Shown piece after piece: positions 1-12,470 of a DNA stretch of 64,000 bases (position 1 is its first letter; every line of letters begins with the position of its first letter). The stretch lies in contig NW_021836170.1 of NCBI RefSeq assembly GCF_006345805.1, forward strand, positions 1-64,000, written 5' to 3'. Origin of the DNA: Octopus sinensis (taxonomy: Eukaryota). Under the pieces are notes generated by a model that worked only from the letters and a program-made list of their open reading frames with translations, was not told where the DNA came from and made no database searches. A program made the translations under genes and the position numbers.

Positions 1-370
1 CAAGTTCGTGTTTTTCTCTCTTGGCATCGACCAGGTCGTCTGCTCAGTCGGATCACCATTCAACCCATGATATCTGACGACACCACAATTAGAAGACCTA
101 TTGATCCATTATCTAAAGAACTCTAGTCCGATCCTGTCACTGAACAGTCTGGGACTCTTAGTAAACGTCACTAAAATCGAAATCCTTAATGTTAGCATTC
201 TCAAAACCACCCTCCAATCGGCATGGAACAAAATCCTGGACATTATACACGATCGATCAGTCTACGAATCGGCCTATGCATTGTTCTTGTGGTCCTCAGC
301 AGTGCTCTACAATTTACTATCCTACAGGATTGCAAACTCCAAAACTTACATGCAGACTTTTCTGCCTTAG
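1..370 (+). mobile_element. Degenerate RT fragment, probably CRE-clade non-LTR retrotransposon
   Basis: TATCTGACGACACCACAATT is one base short of YLDDTTI. It is followed by LSLNSLGLLVNVTKIEI (RT domain 6/7-like) and resembles the YLDDVTIGG copy near 45080. Confidence 0.5.
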
Positions 371-541
371 TCTTCGCACTGCCTTTTTTCAATTTCCATT
401 CCTCAAAAGAACAGTAAAAAAAAAGAAAATCGAATCAATTAAAAGTTATTAACATCATATCTTTAAATTATTTGTATATTAAGGCTCAAAATAAATAATC
501 TATTAAGCTCACTCAAAAAAAATTTCAAAGTATAATAATAA

Positions 542-1353
542 TCATTTGGAGTCTACACAAGCTCGTTTTCTGGCAGGAAGTGATTTTAATATAGCTGAAG
601 TCCAATCCCCCATGTTAGCAAATTCGACCAATATTTGATAAACTGACATAGTAATTAAACATACCTTGATTAACAGTCAAAATCCAATTACACTCGCGTT
701 TAATCAACTCTGAACTGAGAGGTAGACGTCCGTGTTTTATATTTTTCTCACAAGCAATGTTAAAACACAAATTCTACATATTAACAATAATATGTTCACT
801 TTGTGATGATTGTGATCGATAAGACCACCAATTACATACACTTCTCCTTCACATAACTCATTTATTATGTTTGGAGAGTCCCCCGTTAAATAAGTGATAG
901 ATTTATCAACAAAACAGTTCAAAAAATAATCAGAATGAGTGAATATATCCCACTTATTATAATCATGAGGCATTAATTGAGTCATATATTCATCCATACT
1001 TGTAAAATGTAATTGTAAAGGATTTAAAGACCGCCGATTGTAACTGTAACACCCGGCTAACTGAGTCGACAGTTTTTTACAGTCCTATTTGATAATTTAA
1101 ATGGTTTTAACATTAACGGACATGTAATTTCTAAATGAACAATCTATAACTACGTGAAAGAGTTTTTGGGAATTACTCATTCGAGTAATAAGACAAGGTT
1201 TACGTTTTTGAATTCTTTTTTCACGTTTATTTTTTCTAAAACATTAAATTTACAAATTCACTTTCGTTCTTGTTTTTTTTCTTGACGTTTTTTAAGCTTA
1301 GCCTCTTTCTTAAGTTGTTTTTTAGATTTTATATTAATCACAAGATCAGTCAT
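542..1353 (-). CDS. TRMT10: tRNA (guanine-N1)-methyltransferase TRM10 family, multi-exon
   Basis: Spliced motifs YLTGDSPN, YVIGGLIDHNHHK, RLPL..LTVNQVYQIL and DWTSAILKSLPARK, with a basic N-terminus. A 22-nt GT-AG intron at 643-664 restores the frame. Confidence 0.87.
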
Positions 1354-1423
1354 GTGCAGGCAAACTTAATTCTATTTTAATATAATTAATAGATTAAAAA
1401 TATTTTTTCGGAAAAAATATAAG

Positions 1424-1749
1424 TTAAAGTTTTCCAGCTAAGAATGCAAACATCAAACGGTCCCCAGTCAGGCCCCAACTAAGTCTTTTAGACTGGAAGA
1501 TGGCTATCCAAGAAATTAATGCGATCAAAAATACGAGAAGGGACACAAACGACATTTTCACGTCTAAAAAATAAGGTTGAGAATCACAATATAAAATTTC
1601 CCTATCTTCATTACCACGATTATGAAATAAGCAAATATTCAATATCCATAAAATTGGAAGAAAGAAAAATCCAGCTAAATTAACAATTAATAATTACTAC
1701 CAATGAAATATCTTTTAGATTCCTTTTTAATATTCTCCACGTCACTCAT
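1424..1749 (-). CDS. PSENEN: Presenilin enhancer 2 (gamma-secretase subunit), 91 aa, 3 exons
   Basis: Removing the 26-nt (1675-1700) and 24-nt (1564-1587) introns gives MSDVENIKKESKRYFIAGFFFLPILWILNICLF...YVKMS...ISWIAIFQSKRLSWGLTGDRL. This matches the PEN-2 pattern GF.FLP.LW.VN / SWI.IFQ..R..WG..GD.L. Confidence 0.93.
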
Positions 1750-1893
1750 GAAAATAGGATATCTTATTGTTTAAATAAATAATTTTAATTTTAAATAATT
1801 AAAAAAATTTATTAATCCAAAAAACCAAGTAAAATACAGAATATCTACTCCTTCAGCGGACATCGAATTTAGCTATTTTTAAGGAAATTAAAA

Positions 1894-3131
1894 TTATTTA
1901 TTATCGAGATTATATAAATATGCTTTCAAATTGAGATTTATAGAACTGGCAACGGGTTTCATTTGGTCGTAAGTGGCAAGACATTTAAACTTGGGAGAGT
2001 CAAGTCCTCCTGTCGTACTCAGCAGTCGAAGACACACCAAAGTAGACAACTACGAGTCATTTAAACCACAACAACATGACTATTAACATCATATTCCAAC
2101 ATGTTTGACATGTGTTCTTTAACCACGTGATGTATAGCACACAGTCTGTCCAATTCAAACAACTTAGGTCCTGTCGTTTGAGTTGTGGTCTAAACATTCT
2201 TAAATAATCATCACAGTCTTTGGCATAGCCTTCTTTGACGTCTTCTTAATAAAATACTGCACATCAGTCGAAATTGGATTGTAGGATGCAATGTAGGCAC
2301 AAATAAGGACAAGTTTAGTATTCTCTGGAAGATTCACCAAGTCATTGTTAAGAGACTCACAATCAGTCTTTAGAAAAATAGATTTTGGAGCCATAAGTAG
2401 AGAAGGTTCGAGAATTTTCCACATTGAATGAGCAGTCACATTTTTGGAAGAAGATTGTAATATTTGAGACCAATTTGAATGATTTCGTGGAGATTAAACG
2501 TCCACACGTTCATAACACTGACAAGAATGTCTACAAATAATTCAGTTAAAGAGGAAGGAGGCAGGTGAGCCTCTAAAATTGTCTTGATTTCATCTGAAAT
2601 GTATACATAGTACATACTAATTGTGTAATGAGGCAAGTGTATTGTCAGTCCTGACATATCACATGGATTTTCACTAATATACACACAAGAGACGTCTATT
2701 TGAGGACTATAATCGTTTAATTTGCTCAGAATTGACAATATTTGAGGCGACAGCTTATCCGCTGAGTCAAAAATCTGCAACCTTACATGACAGGGGACAC
2801 CAATGTAAAATGTTGTCCTGTCTTTCCTGCTATGCTAATAAAGTCAGAGACTGTTTCCCCGGAATCGTTGCATGTCCCACAAAGAACATTCCAAAATATA
2901 GACTCGCTGTAGCATTGGGCACAATCCAGATATACTGAATTGAGGGGATTGTCTTTTATCAGGTAGGCCACTGTACATGACTTTCCACAGCCTTGAGGAC
3001 CGACAATATTTATGGATTTGTAGGGAGTGTATTTACTCTATGACATAGCAAAAATTTATATTTACAGAATTTAGTATTTTCCTTAATAACTCTAATTTCT
3101 CACATCTGCACGTCGAGATAAACGGAGGCAT
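1894..3131 (-). CDS. ORC5: Origin recognition complex subunit 5, multi-exon
   Basis: Walker A GPQGCGKS, IFDSADKL, and the ORC5 C-terminal signature LP..TKLVLICAYIASYNPISTDVQYF, then GPKLFELDRL and LDSPKFKC. Confidence 0.88.
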
Positions 3132-3359
3132 TTAAAATTATTTATGTTTCTCATTTTATTAAATATGTTTATAAACAAAGTTTAAATATATTAAGACTTA
3201 TTATCTTCATAATCAAATATTATTTTTAATCAATGAAAATGATATCATTGATATATTGAATAAACTAAAAGTTATTTAAATGTAAATTGAAAACATTTTA
3301 CAAGGTCAACATAAACCTAATTTCACCATTTTATTTGATTAGTTTGAAAAAAGAAATAA

Positions 3360-4117
3360 TTATGCCAAATGTTTAATGTCAGAAATTGAAAGCGATTTAA
3401 CTTTGGGTTCTCCTTCCACAGCATTAACACTAAAGATCGATAGGGCACAGTTGTATAATTTCAAGGGCACTTGCTCGTCGGTAATCGACTTGAGGATAAT
3501 TTTGAGCGCTCCATGGTGTGTTACCACCAAAACAACAGGCGGTCGTCCCTCAATCGTATATGGGCTATTCCCAATTTCCTCAATTTGAGATTTGAGTATT
3601 TCCTTTATAGCATTTTTACATCGTTGTTGAAACTAATCTGTGAAAGAAAAATTACTCACATCCTCCTCTGATTCGACTCCTGCAAGACTTGATCTGGTTA
3701 TTTGTGAATATGGCAGTCCTTGGTACTTTCCCAAATACTATAAAAATCATTTTTATGTCTAACCCTTTCTCTAAGAGACTCTAAACGTATAGGGGTGTCA
3801 TTATAATATCTATTTCCTTCGGCAATAATTCTAGCTGTCTAAAATTCTTAGAAATATACACTAACCTCGCTAGCACGTGTTAAATCGCTTGTATATATTC
3901 TCATTATTGGGACGTCACTTAGTTCAACTGCTGTTTTCTCGGCCTGGTCTATTCCTAGTTTAGAGAGATGTGTGTCCATTTGACCTGGAAATATAATAAA
4001 TTTACTATAAGCCTTGACACAATCCCATCTCGTTTGCTTCCGTCCGTCCACTTAAATTGATTATTCGCTAAGAATATACTGCCGTGTGAGGATAAGCTGA
4101 AATAAATGTTCGCACAT
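3360..4117 (-). CDS. Histidine phosphatase superfamily (phosphoglycerate mutase/TIGAR-like)
   Basis: Spliced LILTRHGRTEANEMGLCQGQMDTHLSKLGIDQA, IYTSDLTRA and the second catalytic HG motif. Needs a 29-nt GT-AG intron and a 28-nt GC-AG intron. Confidence 0.86.
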
Positions 4118-4544
4118 GCCAAAAATAATAATTTTTCCGATCAGTATTTATTAAATAAAATACTTAAAAATCAATAATCATTTTAATAATTTTGTAATTT
4201 TAATTATGTAAAACAACGTAATTTCTTTGCACTGCTTGTAGTTACCGCATATTTATTAGATCCCGTCGCAGTATCGATGGGCTACTTTTGTCTTTTTTAA
4301 TATGGTTGTTTACCTAGGAAATTGACCTTTTACCAATTTGACGTATTTTTATTGATTTAAAAGGACCTTTTAATCGTTTAAAATTGAACTAAAATCTAAT
4401 TCGATTCAACAAATAAGAAAAGAAGGCTGTACTCTATAATTGTTGCCTATTAAATTAGCCTCATTTTAAATTAGCGATTTTAGTATCTTAAAAATTTCTT
4501 CGAGAAAAACTCTTAGATATAAACTATAAAAATCACAAAAAAAA

Positions 4545-6020
4545 TTAATTCTTGTATTCCATTAAATATTTGGTTTGCTCATTATCCAGCCCATGAGTTA
4601 TCATCATTCTACGCAGCGTCTAAGACTGCCACATCAAAAAATCACCTCTGTGTAGAATTCTCCCTTAACTGGAAGACCCAAAAATGCCCTGGTCTTAATA
4701 ATTCTCATCGCAGCCATTGACACAGCCGGAGACATTTCATAAATAAACCTTTTCGTTATTCTTCCAAAACTCACTTCATGCGGGGAAAAATCAGCTCCAA
4801 AGTTTCAAGACCTCCAACATAATCGTTTATTTCGAATTGGAAGCCAGACTTTAGAAACATCAACGCTGTGTAATTCACGTGTGTCGTGGGGAGAATAGAT
4901 GGACTCCATTTGGAAATTAAATCCTCGATTTTCTTAATAAAAATTCGAACATCAATCCCTTTTTCATTATCTTGGTTATTCCTGAGATTAATAATCCAAA
5001 ATACATCATCGTAATATTTTTTTTACATTCCGAGAGCATCAAAATTCTCCGATAGATGTATTCATTATTCATATGAGAAAAACACTCAGTACACGTGTTT
5101 GATGAGTCCACAGAGTTCTTAGAACAAAAGGGACAATTTGTAGATGATAAGAGTGCCTCAAATTTATCGTCGCTGCACCGTGGACAGCGACAAGTAAAGC
5201 AATAGGGCTTTAACAAGGATTGTCGCTCCTCGTGGCTATTCATGACGTCAATATATGTTATCGTGATAGTAGTATTGCGAGGAATGTCCTTCATGGCGAC
5301 CACTCGTTGTTGCAATCCATTGAAATTTGTGGCTGCATTGGGAATGCAAGAATGGTCATACTTTGATGTACTGAATTTAACGTATGAATATATTTACTTT
5401 AAATAAAGACCAACTCCTATTTTCTCGTCAAAATTCAAAATTTCAAAACTGTTTGTTTGCATTCGACAGTAAATTTCCACAAGTTGTGAAAAATCTTGCA
5501 AATCGTGCACATTCGAACAATATTTTTCGGCAATTTCAACATTCTTTTTCATTCGGTCAGATAAATACTCGAAATCTAACCAATTGTGATATTTTACGAT
5601 TACTAGACACTAAGTCATAAAAACATCTCCCATCCGGGCCCTCTCGTTTGGTAAATAATCCCAATTTGTCCTTTTATATAATTTAAATAGATACTTTGAT
5701 AATTAAATGATAAAATAAACGAGTTGAGTCAGAAGGGAGATCGCACGAGTGTTGCACGAGTTTAAGTTGAGAACATTCGTATTTATGGATTTTCCACGAT
5801 TTTTTCTGTGAATAAATAGTTTTTAATACTTGGCACATGCTGGAACAGAAATAAAGGATATTGCAAGCACTGCACTTTTTTAAAGGTCTAGAATATATAT
5901 TACTCTAAATTACCTATCATTTCTCAAGCACCACGAGCAGTTAACTTTCAACAGTGATTTTTTTAATATGTGTACAAATGGAAATGAGGATTCGATAATG
6001 TCTCCACACCTGAATTGCAT
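4545..6020 (-). CDS. SMYD-family SET and MYND domain lysine methyltransferase
   Basis: MYND cysteines (CSWC, KKCSACNILYFCSSMCQ, HKYEC), SET motifs NSFEI..GVGLY and DHSCIPNA, ITITYID, and post-SET YCFTCRCPRC. Confidence 0.86.
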
Positions 6021-6119
6021 AATTTATTTTATTGCAAGTTATGTTAATTTAAAAATAAAAAATATCATGTCGAAAATTAATTATCAGAATTAGTAAAATT
6101 AAATTTATTAAAGAATAAC

Positions 6120-7040
6120 TCCCAGAAAGTGCTCTTAGATCAGTAATCTCCTATACTGTTTGTCATATATCTGGAAGCTGTATTGAGAGAACTAAAACCA
6201 TACTATGAAGGAAAGATCAATGTGGGGGCACACGCGGATGACGTGGATTTTATTTCTTCCGACAGGGACGCTCTGAAAAGCCTACTGGAGGTGATGCCAA
6301 ATAGACTTGCTGAGTGGTTCCTCAATGTAAATGTGGAGAAAACAGAATTTACTGAACTAGCAAGACAGAAGTCTAAGCTGGATGAACATTGGAGAAAAGT
6401 AAAGAAACTCGGATCATTATTGGGAGACGAACAAGACGTGATTATGCGAAAAACACATGCAAACAGTGCACTACGCAGTTAAAGAAAAATTGACTAAAAC
6501 GCAAAGGACTTAGCACAAAAACACGGATACGACTATACAATTCACTAGTGAAGCCAATACTCCTATATAACGCCGGAATTTGGGGACTTTCCGCTACAGA
6601 CAATGACAACCTAGACTCTTTCCATAGAGATCATCTCCGACGTACTCTAGCCTCCAAGTGGCATTCAAGGTTGAGTAACAGAACAGTTTATGCCAGAACA
6701 TCAAGCAAACCAATCTCGCTCGAAATTACCGAATGCAGATAAAGGCTGTTTGGACACATTCTAAAAATGGATTTGAATGCACCGGCAAACGCCGCTATGG
6801 AGGACTATTTCGAAGCTATGGGTCATGGTTTCCGTGGACGACTAAGAAATACTCTCCCGGGTACGCTGGATAGAGACCTAAAGAGGGCTGGTAAAGAATT
6901 GAAAGACGGAGACGATCTCGATACACTGCGGGACGTCACTTAAGATCGCGGGAAATAGAATAAACTAATTACTCTTATTGTTTCCTGTGCTGCACAAGCT
7001 TTGTCGTGATTCATGGCATCGCAAAAGTGCCTATAATAAG
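6120..7040 (+). mobile_element. 5'-truncated RTE-like LINE (RT domains 5-7, thumb, 3' end), degenerate
   Basis: SPILFVIYLEAV, HADDVDF, LNVNVEKTE, LGSLL and LVKPILLYNAG..W. Same family as 35520-35745 and 49240-50860, with a shared 3' end GATTCATGGCATC. Confidence 0.82.
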
Positions 7041-7099
7041 TGCTCTTCAGACTGCAAGCTTTCGTCAAGGTGCAGTTCTCTGTTTTTGCTGACTAAATT

Positions 7100-8290
7100 T
7101 CAAGAAAGGACAGGATCGGTGAGCATCAAACGAGATGCTTTCAAGAGTCTTCTTAAAAACAGTTGACTGAAAATAAGCTTGTAAATAATTAAAAAATTGG
7201 ATTTTTGATAGCTTTCTGCTTTCATTGGCAAGAGTTGAGATAGGTCGTTTTATATGCGTATCCAACTCTGTCAACTGTGTTTTAATCGTCATTTCCAAAC
7301 CTCTTTTAATTGGGAGTATAGAGTTTTTCAATAAATTATTTATTTTGTACTCCCTAACAGTGTCATTTTATTTGGCCTCCTATTTGTTGCATGCTCTTTT
7401 ACTTTCTAGTATATTGTGAATAATCCAAAAACTTGAATAAGTAAATATTAATTATATAATCTTCTCCATCAGAAGTAGCGACTTCCTCTTTTCCTTTCGA
7501 GGTGCTGACAAACACTGGAGATGTTGTAATCACTCTTATTTGGTGATAAATCTCCTTTATTCTTCTTTTCAGTAAAGAGTCTTCCCTACGGTTTAACTTT
7601 GCTCCTATAAGAAGCAATCATCCTCTCAAGAGTTTTCTTTATAGTAAGTGATTGTATGTATGCATGTGTTCTCTCACTGATATAAAGCAAACGTAGATAT
7701 TGTAAGCATTTCTGCATGAAGAATCGAAAAAACTTCTTTTGCAGACACCACTTCGGTGTTTTAAGTCCATAAGGAATCCAAGAAGCATAAGTTCACATAA
7801 AACAAAAATTGAGCTCAATCGTCTTCCAAAATTGTTACGGGAAAAGTATAATCTTTGTTTGTTGGCTGGTCGAAAGTGCATCTTGTATTCTATTAATTTT
7901 GCTCGGATTCTATCGTCCACCATTTCATATTCAAATGGCACAATATCAACTAGTCCAATGTAATATTTTTACAGTCAAAGAGGGTGTTCATTAATTGCTT
8001 TGACCAGATTCACTCCATTCAGTTTTGTATTTGCTAGCCTTTTAATTCCCGTGATTACTTCTTTGTATTTGCTAACCTTTTAAATCGAGGATTATTTTCA
8101 GGATTTCCAGTTTAACTTTCAAGTACTCCCAGATACTTATATCAATCAATTTTGTCAAAAACTTTTACCTCCGTTGTTAACAATGCAGTGTTCACGGTTG
8201 ATTTTTACAGATTTTTCTCCAGCCCAGCTGCACGGAAATAGCGATTCACCTTTTCCATCATTGGAACAGTAACATCCTCATTTTTGAGAC
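7100..8290 (-). mobile_element. R4/Dong-like REL non-LTR retrotransposon remnant
   Basis: YKYLGVLES, HFRPANKQRLYFSRNNFGRRLSSI and a decayed C-terminal ELDTHIK segment. Many frameshifts. Confidence 0.72.
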
Positions 8291-8372
8291 GTTTAAGTCA
8301 TCGATTAAGAGAAAATGATTAAATGAATGAATTTTTTATTAAAACGGAAAAGCCGAAAAAATAGAGAGAAAG

Positions 8373-9380
8373 TTAATGAGACAACGTATGCCTGTTCTCC
8401 GTTGTTTCCCTCTTTTTTTTAATTCGAGAGGAAAAGGCTCTCTCAATAACACTTCCAACCGTTTCCGTCCCGTCTTCCATCTCTTGAGGGATGGGTTGGT
8501 CTAGCTGGAGTCCATTTGCCAATTTGATGGCATATCGTCTCGTCTTTTCGATCTTAGTGATAATGCCATCCCTCTCAGCAGTAGGGTACCATCCCTCGAA
8601 CCGGTAGGTAAGCAATGGTTCGACGCATGTTTTATAAACATATAAAAACGTTTCCGGACAAAGCTGGAAGTGAATTATGCTTCTGAGAATTTGAGCGCAT
8701 TTCCTTCTCCTTGAGTCGATGTATCTGAAGTAAGAGCCCTTGGATCCAACTTCAACCCCAAGGTATTTCAGGTTCTCCGTTGCTGTAAACCCATAGAGGT
8801 TTCTCGGGGGTTTTCGTTTAGCTCCCTGTTTTGCAATCCAAGTGGCGGTGCACTTTTCTTTTGCGAGCGTCAGTCCTTTTGAAATGCACCACTCTTCGAC
8901 TCTTGTCACGTATCCTTTTAATTTCCTCCACGAGATGTCTTTTCTCCACAAAGCATCCGTTATTAGTATGTCGTCCGCGTAGATCATGAGACGACTGGTA
9001 GGATCTTTCAGTTTTGGAATATCAGCAACGTAAATATTAAAAAGCAGAGGGCTCAATACCGAGCCTTGAGGTACCACTCTTTTAAGATCGACAGATTCCG
9101 ACAAACGGTTTCCGCTATGACCTCCTCATTGATAAATAGGTCTTCAGCCAATTGACCGTTCTAGACCCGGGTTTGATTTTGGCGACACTTTCCAAGAGGC
9201 CCAGGTGCCATACGCTGTCAAAAGCTTTTGAGACATCGAGGCAGATAGCAATAGTCGCTGTATTGTTAGCAAGACTAAGCGAGATGACTTTCTCGAGTTC
9301 TCCGAAACAATCACCACAGGATCTTTTTCGTCGGAATCCCCACTGCTCCGCTGCAAATGCTTTTTGTTGCAGCTACAATG
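8373..9380 (-). mobile_element. LINE reverse transcriptase fragment (I/Jockey-like)
   Basis: QWGFRRKRS, LDVSKAFDSVWHLGLL, VPQGSVLSPLLFNIYVAD, IYADD and LKYLGV. One frameshift near 9110. Confidence 0.88.
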
Positions 9381-9515
9381 ATTCCCAGTTGAATGAATGA
9401 ATGAGAAAATGATTTGTTGAGAACAACGGACTAACTTAAAATAATATTTACTTAACGATTGCTTATTTAATCAAAATGTAAATTTTAATCGGAATAAATC
9501 CACACCAATAATTAT

Positions 9516-10100
9516 TTAGCGATAGTTATAATTCGGGTGATTGATGACTCGTGTGTGCATGAAAAATGTAGTAATAAGCATTCCAATCATAAAGAACCCG
9601 AGTATGACCGCAGTCGCAATTTTATAAGGAAGAAATTTGTCGTAAGTCTAACAGTACAAATAAGTAGAAAAACATAAACTGTCGAATTTGATTGTTCACA
9701 TTTCATAAAAACCAAAAATAATGTTACAATAAGAGATGATAAAAATAAAAGAAAAGATGTATTTCTATATTAGTTAAATATTGAAAACAACCTTATTTTT
9801 GTATTGTTGAAGTGTGCAGCTAATAGAGCAGTTAGAATTGTCAGACTCCAAACAACAACAATTATTTGTAGGCCTATTCCAACCATTATATATAACCAAT
9901 GGAAACATGATTTAAAGTGCCAGTTATTGAATCGCTGAATTATTAATAACTAATTTAAATATTCTGCTAGTTTATGTAAATTCAAATTAAATAAAAAATT
10001 GATGTTTCTAGTTTTTTTAAGATTAAAAAAAGAAAGATTTCTTAGAAGTACATTATCACTTTCTTTGCCAATATCTATACCATTTTCAGTTCAATTCTGA
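9516..10100 (-). CDS. Possible multi-exon hydrophobic (membrane) protein, unidentified
   Basis: Hydrophobic reading frames (MVGIGLQIIVVVWSLTILTALLAAH; IATAVILGFFMIGMLITTFF) separated by candidate short GT-AG introns. No family recognised. Confidence 0.25.
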
Positions 10101-10280
10101 CATTTTTATATCAATTTCCACAAAACAATATTCAAATTTGACAATGCAATATTTAATTTAATTATTCCGATATTCAATATACACCCCTCGTCACCGAAAA
10201 CCGGACAAGCTATTCTTGATGATTTTATTAATTAAATATGAAAAATCAAAAACTTACGCTTAAATCAAAAACTTACGCTA

Positions 10281-10410
10281 AAACGATCATCGAGAACGGA
10301 CATGGCTTTTCCAACGCATATCAATAGCCATCTTGCGTGGGAATTGCCATTCCATCTTGTCCTCCTAAACATTTTGACTTTAATTTAAACACTTGTGTTT
10401 CAAAAAAAAA
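10281..10410 (+). mobile_element. Extreme 3' tail of a CRE-like retrotransposon inserted in the left Tc1 TIR
   Basis: Encodes FQRISIAILRGNCHSILSS* and ends in an A9 tract. Absent from the equivalent position of the right TIR. Confidence 0.72.
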
Positions 10411-11602
10411 TATCTTTACTTAATAATATTAATTATGTTATTATAGAACTTATATTTAAAGCAGAATTTCAATTTATTTATGAGATGTAAAACCGGACAA
10501 AAATAAAAACAAGTCATTTAGTAGTTAATATGCCCACCATTTGCACTGAAAATTTTGTAACATCTATTTTTCATAGACATTGCTAGTTTTTCAATAATTC
10601 TGGTGATATATTATTCCATATTTCTGTTAATTTGTCCTTTAGTTCATTTTTGTTTTTGACTACATTTTTTGATAATTCTCTCTTCATTTCTGCCCATAGA
10701 TGTTCTATGGGCGTTTAAATCCGGTGACTGAGCCAGCCATTGAAGTAAAATAATGTTTTTTTAATATAATCTTGTACTATTTTAGATTTATGGCAAAGTG
10801 CATTATTCTGTTATAAAATTAATTAGTCTATCCCGAATTTTTTGGCACATTCAAATATATTATTGGATAAAATATTAGTATATTTTGCGCTATTTAGGAT
10901 TCCATTAATAAAAACAAGATTACAGACTACTTTATATGAGAAACTGCTTCAGACCATTACTTTTCCACCAACGAATTTTACAGTTGGGATAATATTGCAT
11001 TTTTTGTATGCAGAACCATTTTCTCTATACACTATTTGATGCTTATTGGTATTAAAAATATCAAAAGACCATTCATCAATAAAAATTACCGACTTCCATG
11101 TCTCGTCGGAAATGCTTAAAAATGATTTCGTAATTTTACGTCTTAAAATTATGTTTTTTGTGGATAAAAGAGGTTTTCTTTTAGCAGCTCGGCCATATAA
11201 TCCTTTCTTATTTAAATTTCGAAATACTATTCTTGTTGAAATTTTTTTTGAACATAGTTTTAATTTTGATAGTAAGAGTTTTGGCACTTTTATTAGAAGT
11301 ATTATTTGATAGTTCTACTAAAATCAAAATTTCTTCCTCTGTCGATATTTTTTTTTCAGTTCCCGGATGTCTGTTAATTGATCCAGTTTTTTTGAATTTC
11401 TGAATCACATCTGATACAGTTGATTTTGAGACTCCTATACTTGCAGGAATCATTCGATAAGTCACATTATGATTATAAAATGCAATAATTTGTCCTTTCA
11501 GGAAATCTAAAAGGTGACTTCTTCTTTAACTATACATTTTTAGCTTCTTTTCAACGACTTTTAGATCTATAAAAGTTTTGTCCGGTTTTACATGTCATAA
11601 TT

Positions 11603-11683
11603 TTTTTTTTAAATTTCAAATCAATGTTAAAACAAATTAATCAGAAATTAATCGGCCAGCAAGCCGGATGGAACAGCTGTTCC
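11603..11683 (-). mobile_element. Very short poly(A)-tailed retro-insertion (CRE-like tail) in the right Tc1 TIR
   Basis: Flanked by a CATAATT duplication (11596-11602, 11684-11690), with a T-run on +. The minus strand reads GNSCSI. Absent from the left TIR. Confidence 0.6.
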
Positions 11684-11989
11684 CATAATTAAATTGAAAT
11701 TCTGCTTTAAATATTAGTTCTATAATAGCATAATTAATAATTAATACACAATTATTATTAAGTAAAAATATTAAGCATAAGTTTTTTATTTTTCGTATTT
11801 AATTAATAAAATCATAAAAAATGGCTTGTCCGGTTTTCGGTGACGAGGGGTGTAGATAATGTTTTGAATTTAAAAAAGTTGACAATTGGAGTCAACAACT
11901 TTTAATTCAGTTTTAATTTAATTCTTTTAACGGCGTAATCTTAAAGCTAGTATCCTCCACAAACTAGCGAGTAATCTTTAGACCATTTC

Positions 11990-12470
11990 CGTTCGGGAAA
12001 ATTTCAGAGAATAATGTCAGAGAGATAACGAGAAGCCGAGCGAGGAGATAGGAATGCCGGAAAGCCCAGATCGGAATAGGAGCTCATGCCAAGGCCGCTT
12101 CAGCGCATCGATAGAGATGCCTAGCCGGGATCGTCGAAAGTCAGATCAGATTGCAAAGTGAGCTTGTACCGAGCCCAAGGATATGGTTAAAGTTTGACAG
12201 AAGGTCACCCCTTTGAAAACAGGGTGCATATCTTAACGTGTAAAGGATCTTGGGGGCGGAAAAATAGTTTCGGAAAAGGAAAAAAGCCACATGAGGCTCG
12301 ATGTCTTTAGATAGATTTGAGATTTTTTCAGACAGTGACCCGTGAAGAATGGAAGGACCCATGGGAGCACCAAGAATCGTCAGATTCGTTTTGGCTGTAA
12401 TTTAAACGTCGGAAAGAATACTTCGGCATATGGAAGTTGCGAGTGCGAACAGAGTTGGATTTAGATGAAT
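11990..12470 (-). mobile_element. CRE-clade retrotransposon fragment (post-RT region)
   Basis: LTILGAPMG, HVAFFLFRNYFSAPKILYTLRYAPC, and an ASL..R.GGLGM-like segment. Confidence 0.78.

Larger units (their letters stand above)
10182..11852 (-). mobile_element. Full-length Tc1 transposon with IR/DR-type TIRs and a frameshifted transposase
   Basis: TA-flanked TIR CACCCCTCGTCACCGAAAACCGGACAAGC at both ends, with inner AAAACCGGACAA repeats. Transposase motifs GVSKSTV, KRKP, VIFIDEWSF, GGKVMV and QSPDLNPIEHLW. Confidence 0.93.

Noticed and set aside
3376-5620. Plus-strand ORFs such as 3376-3588, 3471-3671 and 5384-5620
   Set aside because: They are antisense shadows of the minus-strand phosphatase and SMYD exons.
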